This document shows positions 56,994 to 64,000 of a stretch of 64,000 nucleotides of DNA, in pieces. Within the stretch, counting starts at the first letter, position 1; the number at the start of each line of letters is the position of its first letter. A program made the translations under genes and the position numbers. The DNA comes from Eledone cirrhosa (Eukaryota): assembly GCA_964016885.1 (NCBI GenBank), contig OZ024749.1:4216001-4280000 (forward strand). The letters run 5' to 3'. The notes below the pieces were generated by a model that did not search any database, was not told where the DNA came from, and was given only the letters and a program-made list of their open reading frames with translations.

Positions 56994-57080
56994 TTCTCGA
57001 TAAAAGCAAGGGAAGTAACCTACGCGTTTCATTCTTATTAGAAATCATCAGGATTACATATCCAGTGCTTTTATCGAGAA
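56994..57080 (-). ncRNA. Minimal hammerhead, unit 3 (intact)
   Basis: Same as unit 1. Confidence 0.88.
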
Positions 57081-57305
57081 TTACACAGCTAGAGACTTAT
57101 AGAATACTTAGCTGTGTACAGGAACTGGTTTGAAAGAGCGGTTGCCGGTCCGGCAGAAATTAGAATTTGGATTTAATGCTCTGAAATAGCGATATATATG
57201 TGAAGATAAACACAGAATATTCGAAAATATTCTGTATGTTTATAATAAACATTTTGAAGACCTAATCGCTATAGAATAGAATACGTCACGTATTACAATT
57301 TGAGA

Positions 57306-57392
57306 TTCTCGATAAAAGCAAGGGAAGTAACCTACGCGTTTCATTCTTATTAGAAATCATCAGGATTACATATCCAGTGCTTTTATCGAGAA
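57306..57392 (-). ncRNA. Minimal hammerhead, unit 4 (intact)
   Basis: Same as unit 1. Confidence 0.88.
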
Positions 57393-58373
57393 TGACACAG
57401 CTAGAGACTTATAGAATACTTAGCTGTGTACAGGAACAGGTTTGAAAGAGCGGTTGCCGGTCCGGCAGAAATTAGAATTTGGATTTAATGCTCTGAAATA
57501 GCGATATATATGTGAAGATAAACACAGAATATATATATATATATATATAAAACATGAGAAGAAAGAAAACTGCGTGATGCACATGGGTTACATATGTTAA
57601 AAATAGTCCTTCGTCAGTGATTTTCCTACGTTCATTGGTATTTCATCGCTTTAAAAATCGTATACCTTCGGTTGGTGCGAGCAATAACTACATAAAGCTA
57701 TTGGGACAAGTAAATCGCGTAAAGCGAGCGAGACAAGTAAACAAACACAGAAGGATGATAGCAACGCAAAGATTTGAAAAAAACAAGCAGCATGGGAATC
57801 CGGTCAGCTTAAGCTGGGTGGATTTCATATATATATATATATATATATGTATATATTGGGAAATGTGTGAGATCCTTAATACAGTTAAGTATATTTGAAC
57901 AAAAGGTAAAGAATGACATTCACTAATAGCTTCAAACAATTTGATTTAATTTTATATTATAATTTTACAATTTAGGACTAGATGTGATGTCATTCTTTTC
58001 CTTTTTTTCAAATATATATATATATATAAGTTTGTATGAGTATATGTATATACATACGCACAAACACAGACACATATATATATATATATTACTATATATC
58101 TATATATATATATGTACATATACATACATGTATATATATATATATATACATATATAAATATATACTTATATACATACATACTTACATACCATACATACAT
58201 CATATGTATATATATATATATATATAAATATATATATGCAGAGGTTATATTTAATTTGTTGGGATTCAACACGCTCTAACATTTTTATAACTCATATAAA
58301 GCACTCAGCAATTTAGTTGAGTAAATATACAATATATTAATACATCGAAATTATATTTATAAAACCATAATTA

Positions 58374-58503
58374 TTTTATTATATATATGTCAAGGGCGGC
58401 CAAGGTAAATTATGGTGCGCTCTCATCAGATAAAACAAATCTGTATTTTATCTGATGAAAGCGCACCATAATTTACCTTGGTCGCCCTTGAACTATATAT
58501 AAT
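58374..58503. ncRNA. Fold-back pair of hammerhead motifs (58374-58435 minus; 58446-58503 plus)
   Basis: TTTTAT-CTGATGA-..-GACA-TATATA-TA^ATAAAA and TTTTAT-CTGATGA-..-GAAC-TATATA-TA; each is one change from GAAA. Confidence 0.6.
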
Positions 58504-58811
58504 TGTTTCTACTTTTTGGCACAAGACCTGCAATTAACCAGTGCATTACTGGTACATTATTTTAGTAATAAAATAATTATAGTTTTATGAATATTGTATA
58601 TATATATATTTATAATATATTGTATATATATATATGGTATAAATATATTCTATATATATATACTGTAGAAATATATATATATATATTTATAATATATTTT
58701 ATATATATATATTGCTGATATCACCCTGCTAGTCCTACAGTCATGTATATAGCAACGCAACCCAATTGTGTGCATGTTTAAATATTTAAATCATGCGAGA
58801 ATTGTATTAAT

Positions 58812-59712
<901 letters not shown>

Positions 59713-59800
59713 CTGAAAACATACATATATACTGTATATATATATATATATATATAATATAGTTTCAATTTGGGCATGTAATTGTATATTTAGTGTATGT

Positions 59801-59845
<45 letters not shown>

Positions 59846-60046
59846 TACATTGTATGTCTTTATGTATACACATGCACAGATATTCTTTTCATACGCAGAT
59901 GAATTTAAATGCATATGAGTGCATTTTATAAACATGTAGTAGAGGGGGAAGGTGAGATACTCTTTGGCTATTAATTATTTCGGATTTGTAAACACACAAT
60001 TTCACGCCCACACGTGTATAATTAGAGAATTTAATGTTGTTGGATA

Positions 60047-60102
<56 letters not shown>

Positions 60103-60136
60103 CATTTCTGTGTTTATGTACACATACACATAGGGA

Positions 60137-60210
<74 letters not shown>

Positions 60211-60689
60211 GTATATACACACACAAACTCATTTAATCACCCACTATTGTATAAAAAATATATATATTTCAAATTGTATAAAACATATATATATATACAT
60301 ATCTTTTTTTCAAGCAACCATTTCTGATATCAGCAAAGGAAATATTTCTTTACTACACACATAAATGTAAAATTGGAATTATTGCTCTGCAATTATATTT
60401 AATCAATATTGGAATGTTGCTTATGGATAAATCCAATGTAATATCACCATTACAAATAAAGAATGAATATAAGAAGATAATTCTAATGTGTAGAAAAAGA
60501 CAAAAACACACAATCAATATATTTTTCTGAGAGTTGTAAGCTTATTTATTTCAATAAGTTGTTTTTACCTAGTGTGTTAGCTAATAAATCAAGCGAAAGC
60601 ATTGCACTGACGTAATACGAAACTTAGTTAAATAAATGTTAATAGCTTCACAATGCTGTGAAAGTGCAATACACTATAAAATTTGAAAA

Positions 60690-61185
<496 letters not shown>

Positions 61186-61186
61186 G

Positions 61187-61593
61187 ACATGGCTGAGACA
61201 ACCAGTGTCGAGGCTGGGATACTGATGAGCCGACTTCAATGGGTGGGACATATCATCGGGATGGATGATAACATGCTTCCGAGGCATCTGATGTATGGGT
61301 AACTCCGTTCGGGGAAAGAAACTCAGGGCAAGCCTCTCAAGAGGTTCAAAGACTTCGTGATGTCCAGCATCAACAACACTGGAATCGCCCCAAAACAACT
61401 CGAGTCCCATGCTCAGGACAGGACTGAGTGGCGAGCCCTTACCAGACGCGCCAAATACTCTTTCGAAGAGAAGAGACGGGCAGATGTCACGGAGACCCGC
61501 GAAAAGAGGAGAAAGCCATCAGCAGCTCAAGAATCGGCCTCCACAGCCACCTTCGCCCCCCCCCCCCCCCCCCCTCCCACAGACGGGATCTAA
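61187..61593 (+). mobile_element. RTE (BovB-like) LINE 3' fragment
   Basis: [58 protein letters not shown]. Confidence 0.88.
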
Positions 61594-61635
61594 AATAAAA
61601 AAGATGTCATCATATTCTTACAATGGAAAACCAAG

Positions 61636-63327
<1,692 letters not shown>

Positions 63328-63679
63328 TATACATATATAGAATTTACAAGAATCAAAGCTATGTTCAAAGCATTTATTCACTTACAATTGTTTCATCCAA
63401 ACCTAGGCTTGGAATCTTCGGAGCATTTTTCAATGTTTGTACACATAATTGTCCTCCTTTCCAACGCAAGAGACATACAGAGTCATATATTTATATTGAT
63501 GTACAGTGTATAAGACTGGATTTTACAATTACCCGTACGACTCATTTGTGGTAGCCATTTAGACTGGATACACGCGACGTAAAGTACTTTGCTCAACAAC
63601 ACTCTACAACTAAACATGACTTATTGGTTAGTGAGATACACTCACGAATCTTACGTTGTATGTTCGACTCTCGGCGGCC

Positions 63680-63865
63680 GCTGCTATCATTGAAGAATAA
63701 ATTACTGCCGTTTACCTACTTTGTTTAAATCTCGCCGATGTTATCTTTGCCTTTCAACCTTAGGGGTTCCATAAATTAAATCACCAGTAATGCACTGGTG
63801 TCGACTTTATCGTATTCCCCCTGTTCCGAAATTGCTGGCCTTGTGCCTATAGAAGGAAGTATTAT
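63680..63865 (+). mobile_element. Octopus-type SINE (degenerate head)
   Basis: TTTGCCTTTCAACCTT..ACCAGTAATGCACTGG..AAATTGCTGGCCTTGTGCCTATAGAAG. Confidence 0.75.
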
Positions 63866-64000
63866 ATTTTATGTTGCTCTATTCCATTCAGCGGACAAAA
63901 TTAAGTTTTAACGTGATTCCAAATAACTTCTTTGGCTGAGAGGCCAATTTAACTGACAATTTCTGTAAGACCTTTGCATCTGTCTATGGAATGATCAGTC

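Larger units (their letters stand above)
56266..57531 (-). mobile_element. Tandem array of four 312-bp units plus a partial unit, one HHR each (non-LTR retrozyme-like)
   Basis: GAAGATAAACAC starts at 56266, 56578, 56890, 57202 and 57514 (period 312); units nearly identical; embedded in (TA)n. Confidence 0.9.

Noticed and set aside
56266-57531. CRISPR array or ordinary satellite interpretation of the 312-bp repeat
   Set aside because: No unique spacers and eukaryotic context; the embedded ribozyme explains it better.

Overview
AT-rich, microsatellite-saturated animal genomic DNA with no supportable host gene. It is most likely octopus, inferred from the recurrent tRNA-derived SINE and the (TA)n/(TACA)n load. 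Most ORFs in the track are translated microsatellites. The real content is decayed mobile DNA. There are three clear Penelope-like elements (PLEs) with different GIY-YIG types (Hydra-like 3671-8325, Naiad-like 24165-26230, Neptune-like 50301-52472), fragments of Tx1/L1, RTE, CRE and CR1-group LINEs, a mariner relic, a probable gypsy integrase relic and more than 10 SINEs. The most notable layer is non-coding. About 20 hammerhead-ribozyme (HHR) motifs from several unrelated families can be read by eye, mostly minimal type I forms with palindromic loop 3. Two stand out: a near-identical 4 x 312-bp tandem array with one HHR per unit (56266-57531, a retrozyme/circRNA-like element) and a near-canonical three-stem HHR inside a ~510-bp direct-repeat element (26937-27017). 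A dozen (TA)n-embedded elements share a fold-back layout: inverted arm, spacer, then arm plus unpaired tail. All calls are by-eye; no searches or folding were run.
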